Virus record (IMG/VR): IMGVR_UViG_2541047880_000005
Origin: a virus
Lineage: Duplodnaviria; Heunggongvirae; Uroviricota; Caudoviricetes
Reading direction: 5' to 3' (one strand)
Length of the DNA: 30,413 nucleotides
A program made the position numbers and the translations under genes. Under the pieces are notes generated by a model, which did not search any database, was not told the origin of the DNA, and saw only the letters and a list, made by a program, of their open reading frames with translations. This document shows positions 7,667 through 16,913 of this stretch, in pieces (position 1 is the stretch's first letter; every line of letters starts with the position of its first letter).

Positions 7667-8701
7667 TCAGCCGTTGTCAGTGTCCAGTGAGTAGTTTTTA
7701 AAGCGGATGACCTCCTGACCGAGCCAGCCGTTTATCTCGCGGATCCTGTCCTGTAGCGGGATAAGCTCATTGCGGACAAAGACCTTTGCCACTTTCTCAA
7801 TATCACCCAACGACCCGACGTTCTCCGGCTTGCCGCCCATCAACTGAAAGGGGATGCGGTGCGCGTCCAGCAGGTCAGCGGCGCTGGCTTTTTTGATATT
7901 AAAAAAATCGTCCTTCGTTGCCACTTCACTGAGCGGGATAATTTTAATGCCGTCGGCTTTCCCCTGCGGGGCATAGAGAAACAGATTTTTAAAGTTGTTG
8001 CGGCCTTTCGACTTCACCATGTTTTCGCGAAGCATTTCGATATCGTTGCGATCCTGCACGGCATCAGTGACGTACATGATGTATCCGGCATGTGCGCCGT
8101 TTTCGTAATACTTGCGGCGAAACAGCGTGGCCGACTCATTCAGCCAGGCAGAATTAAGGGCGCTGAGATATTCCGGCAGGCCGTACAGCTCCTGATTAAT
8201 ATCCGGCTCCAGCAGGTGAAACACGGAGCCGGGCGTGAAGGCTGTCGGCTCGTTGAAGGACGGCACCCACCAGTAAACATCCTCTTCCACACCACGGCGG
8301 GTATATTTTGCCGGTGAGGTTTCCAGTCTGATGACATTACCGGTGGTGCTGTAACGCTTTTCCAGAAACGCATTACCGAACACCAGAAAATCCAGTACAA
8401 AGCGGCTGAAATCCTGCTGGGAAAGCCACGGATGCGGGATAAATGTCGAGGCCAGAATATTACGTTTGACGTAAATCGGTGAGCTGTGATGCACGGCAGC
8501 ACGCAGGCTTTTTGCCAGACCGGTAAAGCTGACCGGTGGCTCATACCATCTGCCGTTACTGATGCACTCGACGTAATCCAGAATGTCACGGCGGTCGAGT
8601 ACCGGCACCGGCTCACCAAAGGTGAATGCCTCCATTTCCGGGGCGCTGGCGGTCATTGTTTTTGCCGCAGGTCGCGGTGTTTTCTCTTTTTTCTTGCTCA
8701 T
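7667..8701 (-). CDS. Q: Portal protein, P2 gpQ homologue
   Basis: 344 aa, the P2 Q length. N-terminus MSKKKEKTPRPAAKTMTAS resembles P2 Q. Start overlaps the P stop (ATGA). Canonical position next to cos. Confidence 0.9.
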   Translation of the reverse strand: MSKKKEKTPRPAAKTMTASAPEMEAFTFGEPVPVLDRRDILDYVECISNGRWYEPPVSFTGLAKSLRAAVHHSSPIYVKRNILASTFIPHPWLSQQDFSRFVLDFLVFGNAFLEKRYSTTGNVIRLETSPAKYTRRGVEEDVYWWVPSFNEPTAFTPGSVFHLLEPDINQELYGLPEYLSALNSAWLNESATLFRRKYYENGAHAGYIMYVTDAVQDRNDIEMLRENMVKSKGRNNFKNLFLYAPQGKADGIKIIPLSEVATKDDFFNIKKASAADLLDAHRIPFQLMGGKPENVGSLGDIEKVAKVFVRNELIPLQDRIREINGWLGQEVIRFKNYSLDTDNG

Positions 8702-10473
8702 CAGTAAAACTCCAGAATGGTGGATGTCAGTGGGGTGCTGATACCGGCGGTGAGTGGCTCATTTAACAGGGCGTGCATGGTCGCCCAGGCGAGGTCGGCG
8801 TGGCTGGCTTCCTCGCTGCGGCTGGCCTCATAGGTGGCGCTGCGTCCGCTGCTGGTCATGGTCTTGCGGATAGCCATAAACGAGCTGGTGATGTCGGTGG
8901 CGCTGACGTCATATTCCAGACAGCCACGGCGGATAACGTCTTTTGCCTTGAGCACCATTGCGGTTTTCATTTCCGGCGTGTAGCGGATATCGCGCGCGGC
9001 GGGATAGAACGAGCGCACGAGCTGGAACACGCCGACACCGAGGCCGGTGGCATCAATTCCGATGTATTCGACGTTGTATTTTTCGGTGAGTTTGCGGATG
9101 GATTCCGCCTGGGTGGCAAAGTCCATGCCTTTCCACTGGTGACGCTCAAGTATTCTGAATTTGCCACCGGCCACCACCGGCGGTGCCAGTACCACGCATC
9201 CGGCGCTGTCGCCACGGTGTGACGGGTCGTAACCAATCCATACCGGACGTGAGCCGAACGGATTGGCGGCAAACGGCGCATAGTCTTCCCATTCTTCCAG
9301 CGTGTCGACCATGCAGCGTTGCAGCTCCTCGAACGGGAACACCGATGCCTTGTCGTCAACAAATTCACACATGAACAGGTTTTTAAAATCGTCGGCGTTG
9401 TTTTCGCGTTTGAGCTGCTCAATGTCGAACCGCGTGCAGCCGCCTTTCAGGGCGTCCTCAATGGTGACAATCTGCCGCCACTGGCCGTCCGCACAGAGAC
9501 GCCCACCGGCAAGGGCGTTATGACTGACGTCGATTTCCACGCGTTCAGCGGCGCTGGCGCGTCCCCGGTTAAACAGTTCACCCGACCAGAACGGGTAGGC
9601 GTCGTGCGCCAGCGTGGACGGGGTGGAGAAATAGGTCGAGCGCAGGTGACTCTGTGAGGCCATACCTGATGCCACCTTACGCAGTACCTGAAAATTCGGG
9701 ATCCAGAAAATCTCATCGACGTACAGGTCGCCGTTATGGCTCTGCGCGGTGTTGGAGTTGGTGCCGAGAAAAATCAGTTTTGCGCCGTTATTGCCCAGGA
9801 CAATCGGGTCACCGGTAAGGTCAACGTCAACCAGACGGGCAAAGGCGATGATGTATTCGCGGAACACATACGCCTGCGTTTTACTGGCCGACAGAAAAAT
9901 CTGGTTATGACCGGTTTTCAGGGCGCGCAGCAGCGCCTCGCGGGAAAAATAAAACGTCGCGCCAATCTGGCGGGATTTCAGGATATCGCGGATGCGGTGC
10001 TCAAGCCCGGCGCGATACCAGTGCAACTGATAGTCGAAAGACTGCTCAAAGAAAATCTGCTCCAGCTTTTCGATGGCCTCGTCACTGAAAAAATTCTTTT
10101 TCGGTTTGCGACGCCCGCCTTTGTTGCGGTTAGCGACGTTCGGATTAAGGTCTGCCTCGTTGCCGGTCTGACTGTAGCGGTTTACCCGTGCCAGTCGTTC
10201 AATCTGGCGTCCCAGCAGGTCAATTTCCTTGAAGTCACCGCCGGTTTTCTGCGGTTTGATGATGAGCTGGGTCAGCCGCGCTTCCAGACTCATTTCGACA
10301 CGGCTGATGGGGGCAACGCTGTCCCAGCCGTCGCGCTGTTTCCAGCTCTGCACCGTCGGGCGTTTCATCTGCAACATGGCGGCAATCTGCGGCACGGAAA
10401 ACCCCTGCCAGTACAGCAGCGCCGCCTGACGACGCGGGTCGTGCAAAAGAGTGGTGTCTGTGGTGATGGTCAT
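8701..10473 (-). CDS. P: Terminase large subunit (ATPase/nuclease), P2 gpP homologue
   Basis: ORF track 8701..10503. Starting at the MTITTDTT ATG (10473), which has a GGCGAGG Shine-Dalgarno, gives 590 aa, the P2 P length. Divergent from O as in P2. Confidence 0.9.
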   Translation of the reverse strand: MTITTDTTLLHDPRRQAALLYWQGFSVPQIAAMLQMKRPTVQSWKQRDGWDSVAPISRVEMSLEARLTQLIIKPQKTGGDFKEIDLLGRQIERLARVNRYSQTGNEADLNPNVANRNKGGRRKPKKNFFSDEAIEKLEQIFFEQSFDYQLHWYRAGLEHRIRDILKSRQIGATFYFSREALLRALKTGHNQIFLSASKTQAYVFREYIIAFARLVDVDLTGDPIVLGNNGAKLIFLGTNSNTAQSHNGDLYVDEIFWIPNFQVLRKVASGMASQSHLRSTYFSTPSTLAHDAYPFWSGELFNRGRASAAERVEIDVSHNALAGGRLCADGQWRQIVTIEDALKGGCTRFDIEQLKRENNADDFKNLFMCEFVDDKASVFPFEELQRCMVDTLEEWEDYAPFAANPFGSRPVWIGYDPSHRGDSAGCVVLAPPVVAGGKFRILERHQWKGMDFATQAESIRKLTEKYNVEYIGIDATGLGVGVFQLVRSFYPAARDIRYTPEMKTAMVLKAKDVIRRGCLEYDVSATDITSSFMAIRKTMTSSGRSATYEASRSEEASHADLAWATMHALLNEPLTAGISTPLTSTILEFY

Positions 10474-10646
10474 GAATACCTCGCCGTGATGAATACACGG
10501 CAAGGCTACTGAGTCGCGCCCCGCGATTCGCTAAGGTGCTGTTGTGTCAGTGATAAGCCATCCGGGACTGATGGCGGAGGATGCGCATCGTCGGGAAACT
10601 GATGCCGACATGTGACTCCTCTAATCACTATTCAGGACTCCTGACA

Positions 10647-11501
10647 ATGGCAAAAAAAGTCTCAAAATTCTTTCGTATCGGCGTTGAGGGTGACACCTGT
10701 GACGGGCGTGTCATCAGTGCGCAGGATATTCAGGAAATGGCCGAAACCTTTGACCCGCGAGTCTATGGTTGCCGCATTAACCTGGAACATCTGCGCGGCA
10801 TCCTGCCTGACGGTATTTTTAAGCGTTATGGCGATGTGGCCGAACTGAAGGCCGAAAAGATTGACGATGATTCGGCGCTGAAAGGCAAATGGGCGCTGTT
10901 TGCGAAAATCACCCCGACCGATGACCTTATCGCGATGAACAAGGCCGCGCAGAAGGTCTACACCTCGATGGAAATTCAGCCGAACTTTGCCAACACCGGC
11001 AAGTGTTATCTGGTGGGGCTGGCCGTCACCGATGACCCGGCAAGCCTCGGTACGGAATACCTGGAATTCTGCCGCACGGCAAAACACAACCCCCTGAACC
11101 GCTTCAAATTAAGCCCTGAAAACCTGATTTCAGTGGCAACGCCTGTTGAGCTGGAATTTGAAGATCTGCCTGAAACCGTGTTCACCGCCCTGACCGAAAA
11201 GGTGAAATCCATTTTTGGCCGCAAACAGGCCAGCGATGACGCCCGTCTGAATGACGTGCATGAAGCGGTGACCGCTGTTGCTGAACATGTGCAGGAAAAA
11301 CTGAGCGCCACTGAGCAGCGCCTCGCTGAGATGGAAACCGCCTTTTCCGCACTTAAGCAGGAGGTGACTGACAGGGCGGATGAAACCAGCCAGGCATTCA
11401 GCCGCCTGAAAAACAGTCTCGACCACACCGAAAGTCTGACCCAGCAGCGCCGCAGCAAAGCCACCGGCGGTGGCGGTGACGCCCTGATGACGAACTGCTG
11501 A
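10647..11501 (+). CDS. O: Capsid scaffolding protein, P2 gpO homologue
   Basis: ORF track 10581..11501. Starting at MAKKVSKFF (10647, AGGA Shine-Dalgarno) gives 284 aa, the P2 O length. Confidence 0.9.
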   Translation: MAKKVSKFFRIGVEGDTCDGRVISAQDIQEMAETFDPRVYGCRINLEHLRGILPDGIFKRYGDVAELKAEKIDDDSALKGKWALFAKITPTDDLIAMNKAAQKVYTSMEIQPNFANTGKCYLVGLAVTDDPASLGTEYLEFCRTAKHNPLNRFKLSPENLISVATPVELEFEDLPETVFTALTEKVKSIFGRKQASDDARLNDVHEAVTAVAEHVQEKLSATEQRLAEMETAFSALKQEVTDRADETSQAFSRLKNSLDHTESLTQQRRSKATGGGGDALMTNC

Positions 11502-11559
11502 CCGGCGTCAGTCAGTCCGGAAAAACCTTCACGATTAACCCTTAATTTCAGGAAAAACT

Positions 11560-12633
11560 ATGCGCCAGGAAACCCGCTTTAAATTTAATGCCTACCTGTC
11601 CCGTGTTGCCGAACTGAATGGCATCGACGCCGGTGATGTGTCGAAAAAATTCACCGTTGAACCGTCGGTCACCCAGACCCTGATGAACACCATGCAGGAG
11701 TCCTCTGACTTTCTGACCCGCATCAATATTGTGCCGGTCAGCGAAATGAAAGGGGAAAAAATTGGTATCGGTGTCACCGGCTCCATCGCCAGCACCACCG
11801 ACACCGCCGGTGGCACCGAGCGTCAGCCGAAGGACTTCTCGAAGCTGGCGTCTAACAAGTACGAATGCGACCAGATTAACTTCGATTTTTATATCCGCTA
11901 CAAAACGCTGGACCTGTGGGCGCGTTATCAGGATTTCCAGCTCCGTATCCGTAACGCCATTATCAAACGTCAGGCTCTTGATTTAATCATGGCCGGTTTT
12001 AACGGTGTGAAGCGTGCCGAAACCTCTGACCGCAGCAGCAATCCGATGCTGCAGGATGTGGCGGTCGGCTGGCTGCAGAAATACCGCAATGAAGCCCCGG
12101 CGCGCGTGATGAGCAAGGTCACTGACGAGGAAGGCCGCACCACCTCTGAGGTTATCCGCGTGGGCAAGGGCGGTGATTATGCCAGCCTTGATGCACTGGT
12201 GATGGATGCGACCAACAACCTGATTGAACCGTGGTATCAGGAAGACCCTGACCTTGTGGTGATTGTGGGGCGTCAGCTGCTGGCGGACAAGTATTTCCCC
12301 ATCGTCAACAAGGAGCAGGACAACAGCGAGATGCTGGCCGCTGACGTCATCATCAGCCAGAAACGCATCGGTAACCTGCCGGCGGTACGCGTCCCGTACT
12401 TCCCGGCGGATGCGATGCTCATCACGAAGCTGGAAAACCTGTCCATCTACTACATGGATGACAGCCATCGCCGCGTGATTGTGGAAAACCCGAAACTCGA
12501 CCGCGTGGAGAACTACGAGTCAATGAACATTGATTACGTGGTGGAAGACTACGCCGCCGGTTGTCTGGTGGAAAAAATTAAGGTCGGTGATTTCTCCACA
12601 CCGGCTAAGGCGACCGCAGAGCCGGGAGCGTAA
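11560..12633 (+). CDS. N: Major capsid protein, P2 gpN homologue
   Basis: 357 aa, the P2 N length; follows O. Confidence 0.9.
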   Translation: MRQETRFKFNAYLSRVAELNGIDAGDVSKKFTVEPSVTQTLMNTMQESSDFLTRINIVPVSEMKGEKIGIGVTGSIASTTDTAGGTERQPKDFSKLASNKYECDQINFDFYIRYKTLDLWARYQDFQLRIRNAIIKRQALDLIMAGFNGVKRAETSDRSSNPMLQDVAVGWLQKYRNEAPARVMSKVTDEEGRTTSEVIRVGKGGDYASLDALVMDATNNLIEPWYQEDPDLVVIVGRQLLADKYFPIVNKEQDNSEMLAADVIISQKRIGNLPAVRVPYFPADAMLITKLENLSIYYMDDSHRRVIVENPKLDRVENYESMNIDYVVEDYAAGCLVEKIKVGDFSTPAKATAEPGA

Positions 12634-12636
12634 CCG

Positions 12637-13380
12637 ATGACGAGTCCCGCACAGCGCCACATGATGCGGGTCTCGGCAGCGATGACCGCGCAGCGGGAAG
12701 CCGCCCCGCTGCGACATGCAACTGTCTATGAGCAGATGCTGGTCAAGCTGGCCGCAGACCAGCGCACACTGAAAGCGATTTATTCAAAAGAGCTGAAGGC
12801 CGCGAAAAAGCGCGAACTGCTGCCGTTCTGGTTGCCGTGGGTGAACGGCGTGCTGGAGCAGGGCAAAGGTGCACAGGATGACATTCTGATGACAGTCATG
12901 CTGTGGCGTCTGGATACCGGCGATATTGCCGGTGCGCTGGAGATTGCCCGTTATGCCCTGAAGTACGGTCTGACCATGCCGGGTAAACACCGCCGTACCC
13001 CGCCGTACATGTTCACCGAGGAGGTGGCGCTTGCGGCCATGCGCGCTCACGCTGCCGGTGAGTCTGTGGATACCCGCCTGCTGACGGAGACCCTTGAACT
13101 GACCGCCACGGCTGACATGCCTGATGAAGTGCGCGCAAAGCTGCACAAAATCACCGGTCTGTTTCTGCGTGACGGTGGTGATGCCGCAGGTGCGCTGGCG
13201 CACCTGCAACGTGCGACACAGCTCGACTGTCAGGCAGGCGTCAAAAAAGAGATTGAACGACTGGAGCGGGAGCTGAAACCGAAGCCGGAGCCGCAGCCCA
13301 AAGCGGCCACCCGTACCCCGCGTAAGACCCGGAGTGCGACACCGGCAAAACGTGGACGCCCGAAAAAGAAAGCCAGTTAA
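12637..13380 (+). CDS. M: Terminase small subunit, P2 gpM homologue
   Basis: 247 aa, the P2 M length; basic C-terminal tail (KTRSATPAKRGRPKKKAS). Confidence 0.85.
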   Translation: MTSPAQRHMMRVSAAMTAQREAAPLRHATVYEQMLVKLAADQRTLKAIYSKELKAAKKRELLPFWLPWVNGVLEQGKGAQDDILMTVMLWRLDTGDIAGALEIARYALKYGLTMPGKHRRTPPYMFTEEVALAAMRAHAAGESVDTRLLTETLELTATADMPDEVRAKLHKITGLFLRDGGDAAGALAHLQRATQLDCQAGVKKEIERLERELKPKPEPQPKAATRTPRKTRSATPAKRGRPKKKAS

Positions 13381-13479
13381 CAACCGAATGCGCCCCGCGC
13401 CAGGGCGGCACGCCGGTCAGTGAGGGTGAATCACCTGACACTGCACCGGCGTCCACCGCCCGACTTTTCAGAGGTAGTC

Positions 13480-13989
13480 ATGATGACGCTGATTATTCCG
13501 CGAAAGGAGGCTCCCGTGTCCGGTGAGGGTACGGTGGTCATCCCGCAACCGGCAGGCGACGAGCCGGTGATTAAAAACACGTTCTTTTTTCCCGATATCG
13601 ACCCGAAGCGCGTCCGGGAACGTATGCGCCTTGAGCAGACCGTCGCCCCCGCCCGTCTGCGTGAGGCCATCAAGTCAGGCATGGCGGAGACGAATGCGGA
13701 GCTGTACGAGTACCGCGAACAGAAAATTGCCGCCGGTTTTACGCGTCTGGCGGACGTCCCGGCGGACGACATCGACGGTGAAAGCATCAGAGTTTTTTAC
13801 TACGAGCGCGCCGTGTGCGCGATGGCGACCGCGTCGCTTTATGAGCGTTATCGCGGCGTGGATGCCAGTGCGAAAGGCGACAAGAAGGCTGACAGCATTG
13901 ACAGCACCATTGATGAACTGTGGCGGGATATGCGCTGGGCGGTGGCGCGTATCCAGGACAAGCCGCGCTGCATCGTGAGTCAAATCTGA
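13480..13989 (+). CDS. L: Head completion/stabilisation protein, P2 gpL homologue
   Basis: ORF track 13420..13989. Starting at MMTLIIPRKE (13480) gives 169 aa, the P2 L length. Confidence 0.85.
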   Translation: MMTLIIPRKEAPVSGEGTVVIPQPAGDEPVIKNTFFFPDIDPKRVRERMRLEQTVAPARLREAIKSGMAETNAELYEYREQKIAAGFTRLADVPADDIDGESIRVFYYERAVCAMATASLYERYRGVDASAKGDKKADSIDSTIDELWRDMRWAVARIQDKPRCIVSQI

Positions 13990-14192
13990 TGAAGACCTTT
14001 GCGCTACAGGGCGACACGCTCGACGCCATTTGTGTCCGGTATTACGGGCGCACTGAGGGCGTGGTTGAGACCGTGCTCGCCGCAAATCCGGGACTGGCTG
14101 AACTGGGTGCGGTGCTGCCACACGGCACCGCCGTCGAACTGCCCGACGTTCAGACCGCGCCCGTGGCTGAAACTGTCAATCTTTGGGAGTAA
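13989..14192 (+). CDS. X: Tail protein X (LysM-like), P2 gpX homologue
   Basis: Within ORF track 13920..14192. The ATG at 13989 overlaps the L stop and gives 67 aa (MKTFALQGDTLDAICVRYYG...), the P2 X length. Confidence 0.85.
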   Translation: MKTFALQGDTLDAICVRYYGRTEGVVETVLAANPGLAELGAVLPHGTAVELPDVQTAPVAETVNLWE

Positions 14193-14195
14193 CGC

Positions 14196-14477
14196 ATGAC
14201 AGCAGAAGAAAAAAGCGTCCTGTCGCTTTTCATGATTGGGGTGCTGATTGTTGTCGGCAAGGTGCTTGCCGGTGGTGAACCCATCACCCCGCGTCTGTTT
14301 ATCGGGCGCATGTTGCTCGGTGGTTTTGTTTCGATGGTTGCCGGTGTTGTTCTGGTGCAGTTTCCTGACCTGTCACTGCCTGCGGTGTGCGGCATCGGCT
14401 CCATGCTGGGTATCGCCGGTTATCAGGTGATTGAGATTGCCATTCAGCGCCGCTTTAAGGGCAGGGGGAAACCGTAA
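14196..14477 (+). CDS. Y: Holin, P2 gpY homologue
   Basis: 93 aa, hydrophobic with predicted transmembrane segments; immediately upstream of the endolysin. Confidence 0.85.
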   Translation: MTAEEKSVLSLFMIGVLIVVGKVLAGGEPITPRLFIGRMLLGGFVSMVAGVVLVQFPDLSLPAVCGIGSMLGIAGYQVIEIAIQRRFKGRGKP

Positions 14478-14974
14478 TGCCGGTAATTAACACGCATCAG
14501 AATATCGCCGCCTTTCTCGACATGCTGGCCGTGTCCGAAGGGACGGCGAATCACCCGCTGACGAAAAACCGGGGCTATGACGTGATAGTCACCGGACTGG
14601 ACGGGAAGCCGGAAATCTTCACCGACTACAGTGACCACCCGTTCGCACATGGCCGACCGGCGAAGGTGTTTAACCGTCGCGGTGAAAAATCCACGGCCTC
14701 CGGTCGCTATCAGCAGCTTTACCTGTTCTGGCCGCATTACCGCAAACAGCTTGCCCTGCCGGATTTCAGTCCGTTGTCACAGGACAGACTCGCCATTCAG
14801 TTGATCCGCGAACGCGGTGCACTGGATGACATCCGGGCGGGACGCATTGAGCGCGCCATTTCACGCTGTCGCAATATCTGGGCGTCCCTGCCGGGTGCCG
14901 GTTACGGTCAGCGTGAGCATTCACTGGAAAAACTGGTCACCGTCTGGCGTACCGCTGGCGGCGTACCGGCTTAA
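14477..14974 (+). CDS. K: Endolysin (lysozyme/transglycosylase), P2 gpK homologue
   Basis: 165 aa, the P2 K length. Start overlaps the Y stop (TAATG). Confidence 0.85.
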   Translation: MPVINTHQNIAAFLDMLAVSEGTANHPLTKNRGYDVIVTGLDGKPEIFTDYSDHPFAHGRPAKVFNRRGEKSTASGRYQQLYLFWPHYRKQLALPDFSPLSQDRLAIQLIRERGALDDIRAGRIERAISRCRNIWASLPGAGYGQREHSLEKLVTVWRTAGGVPA

Positions 14975-14988
14975 ACGGAGTAAACACC

Positions 14989-15414
14989 ATGAAGAAATTA
15001 TCCCTTTCACTGATGCTGAACGTGTCGCTGGCGCTGATGCTGGCACTGTCCCTGATTTACCCGCAGAGCGTGACCGTCAGTTTTGTCGCCGCCTGGGCGA
15101 TTCTGGCGACAGTTATCTGTGTGGTTGCCGGTGGTGTCGGCGTGTATGCCACTGAGTATGTGCTGGAACGCTACGGGCGGGAGCTGCCGCCGGAATCGCT
15201 GGCCGTGAAGATTGTCACGTCGCTGTTTTTACAGCCGGTGCCGTGGTGCAGATGGGCAGTGGCTCTGGTGGTGATGGTGGCGACATTTATCTCGCTGGTC
15301 GCCGCCGGATGGATTTTTACCGCGCTGATTTATCTCGTGGCGTCGCTGTTTTTCCGGCTGATACATACGGCCTGTCGTCAGCGTTTTGAGGGGCGGGAAC
15401 CATGTCAAAGCTGA
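14989..15414 (+). CDS. lysA: LysA, membrane protein of the lysis cassette (putative antiholin)
   Basis: 141 aa, strongly hydrophobic; position and length match P2 lysA. Confidence 0.8.
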   Translation: MKKLSLSLMLNVSLALMLALSLIYPQSVTVSFVAAWAILATVICVVAGGVGVYATEYVLERYGRELPPESLAVKIVTSLFLQPVPWCRWAVALVVMVATFISLVAAGWIFTALIYLVASLFFRLIHTACRQRFEGREPCQS

Positions 15415-15827
15415 TGATTGTGCTGGTCGTGTTGTTATCGCTGGCGGTGGCGGGGCTGTTTCTGGCGAAGCATGAAAACGCCAGACTGCGCGCCTCGCTG
15501 GACAGGGCGAACAACGTCGCCAGCGGGCAGCAGACGACCATCACCATGCTGAAAAATCAGCTTCATGTTGCCCTCACCAGGGCAAACAAAAACGAGCTGG
15601 CGCAGGTGGCACTGCGTCAGGAGCTGGAAAACGCCGCGAAGCGTGAAGCACAGCGCGAGAAAACCATCACGAGGTTACTCAATGAAAACGAAGATTTTCG
15701 CCGCTGGTACGGTGCTGACCTGCCTGATGCTGTGCGCCGGTTGCACCAGCGCCCCGCCTGCACCGACGCCAGTGATTGTCCACAACGCCTGCCCGAAAGT
15801 GAGTCTTTGCCCGATGCCGGGCAGTGA
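15402..15827 (+). CDS. lysB: LysB, Rz-like inner-membrane spanin
   Basis: 141 aa with an N-terminal transmembrane helix (MSKLMIVLVVLLSLAVAGLFLA) followed by a charged region; matches P2 lysB in length and position. Confidence 0.8.
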   Translation: MSKLMIVLVVLLSLAVAGLFLAKHENARLRASLDRANNVASGQQTTITMLKNQLHVALTRANKNELAQVALRQELENAAKREAQREKTITRLLNENEDFRRWYGADLPDAVRRLHQRPACTDASDCPQRLPESESLPDAGQ

Positions 15828-15972
15828 CCCGGAGACGAACGGCGATTTAAGTGCCGATATCCGGCAGCTTGAGAACGTGCTGGCACGCTGTGCCAGCCAG
15901 GTAAAAATGATTAAACACTGTCAGGACGAAAACGATGCTCAAACCCGACAGCCTGCGCAGGGCGCTGACTGA
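15682..15972 (+). CDS. lysC: LysC, Rz1-like outer-membrane lipoprotein spanin; starts inside lysB in the +1 frame
   Basis: Within ORF track 15565..15972. Starting at MKTKIFAAGTVLTCLMLCAGC (15682) gives 96 aa with signal peptide and lipobox (LCAGC). Pro-rich; matches P2 LysC length. Confidence 0.75.
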   Translation: MKTKIFAAGTVLTCLMLCAGCTSAPPAPTPVIVHNACPKVSLCPMPGSDPETNGDLSADIRQLENVLARCASQVKMIKHCQDENDAQTRQPAQGAD

Positions 15973-16402
15973 TGCCGTCACGGTGCTGAAAACCAGTCCA
16001 GAGATGCTTCGGATATTCGTGGATAACGGGAGTATTGCCTCCACGCTGGCGGCGTCGTTGTCATTCGAAAAGCGTTACACGCTCAATGTCATTGTGACCG
16101 ACTTTACCGGTGATTTTGACCTGCTCATCGTGCCGGTGCTGGCGTGGCTGCGGGAAAATCAGCCCGACATCATGACCACCGACGCAGGCCAGAAAAAGGG
16201 CTTCACGTTTTATGCAGACATCAACAATGACAGCAGCTTTGATATCAGCATCAGCCTGATGCTGACCGAGCGCACGCTGGTCAGTGAGGTGGACGGCGCA
16301 CTGCATGTGAAGAATATTCCGGAACCCCCGCCGCCAGAGCCGGTCACCCGCCCGATGGAGCTGTATATCAATGGCGAACTGGTGAGCAAGTGGGATGAAT
16401 GA
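15935..16402 (+). CDS. R: Tail completion protein, P2 gpR homologue
   Basis: 155 aa, the P2 R length, in canonical position. Confidence 0.8.
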   Translation: MLKPDSLRRALTDAVTVLKTSPEMLRIFVDNGSIASTLAASLSFEKRYTLNVIVTDFTGDFDLLIVPVLAWLRENQPDIMTTDAGQKKGFTFYADINNDSSFDISISLMLTERTLVSEVDGALHVKNIPEPPPPEPVTRPMELYINGELVSKWDE

Positions 16403-16847
16403 GTTTAAGCGTTTTGAAGACCGGCTGACCGGACTTATTGAATCGCTGTCACCGTCAGGGCGTCGGCGACTGAGCGCCGAACTGGCGAAACGTCTGCGGC
16501 AGAGTCAGCAGCGCCGGGTGATGGCACAGAAAGCCCCGGACGGCACACCCTACGCACCACGCCAGCAGCAGAGCGCCAGAAAAAAGACCGGTCGCGTTAA
16601 GCGAAAAATGTTTGCGAAACTTATCACCAGTCGTTTTTTGCATATCCGCGCCAGCCCGGAACAGGCATCAATGGAGTTTTACGGCGGAAAGTCACCGAAA
16701 ATCGCCAGTGTGCATCAGTTCGGTCTGTCGGAAGAAAACCGGAAAGACGGTAAGAAAATTGATTATCCGGCGCGTCCCCTGCTCGGCTTTACCGGTGAGG
16801 ATGTGCAGATGATTGAAGAGATTATTCTGGCGCACCTCGACCGTTAG
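16395..16847 (+). CDS. S: Tail completion protein, P2 gpS homologue
   Basis: 150 aa, the P2 S length; overlaps the R stop. Confidence 0.8.
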   Translation: MNEFKRFEDRLTGLIESLSPSGRRRLSAELAKRLRQSQQRRVMAQKAPDGTPYAPRQQQSARKKTGRVKRKMFAKLITSRFLHIRASPEQASMEFYGGKSPKIASVHQFGLSEENRKDGKKIDYPARPLLGFTGEDVQMIEEIILAHLDR

Positions 16848-16913
16848 TTGTGCCATTCCCGACACCTCATCGTCACATTGCCGCCGGTATGACCCGGCGG
16901 CATCCTTCCCGTT

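Noticed and set aside
7859-8619. ORFs of 152 aa (plus strand) and 159 aa (minus strand, out of frame) overlapping Q
   Set aside because: Both overlap the well-supported portal gene Q in other frames; no independent start signals.
9736-10512. 258-aa plus-strand ORF
   Set aside because: Lies entirely antisense to the terminase large subunit gene P, which is strongly supported; GC-rich antisense frames commonly stay open by chance.
10504-10646. Ogr-type TGT-N12-ACA late-promoter dyads in the divergent P/O intergenic region
   Set aside because: Searched by eye for the consensus dyad but found no exact match; late promoters are surely here, but I cannot place them from sequence alone.
12784-13383. 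199-aa minus-strand ORF
   Set aside because: Antisense to the terminase small subunit gene M; Arg-rich, low-complexity translation typical of a spurious GC-rich frame.
13381-13479. Short GC hairpin (CGCCC ... GGGCG) between M and L
   Set aside because: 5-bp stem, no T-run; too weak to call a terminator.
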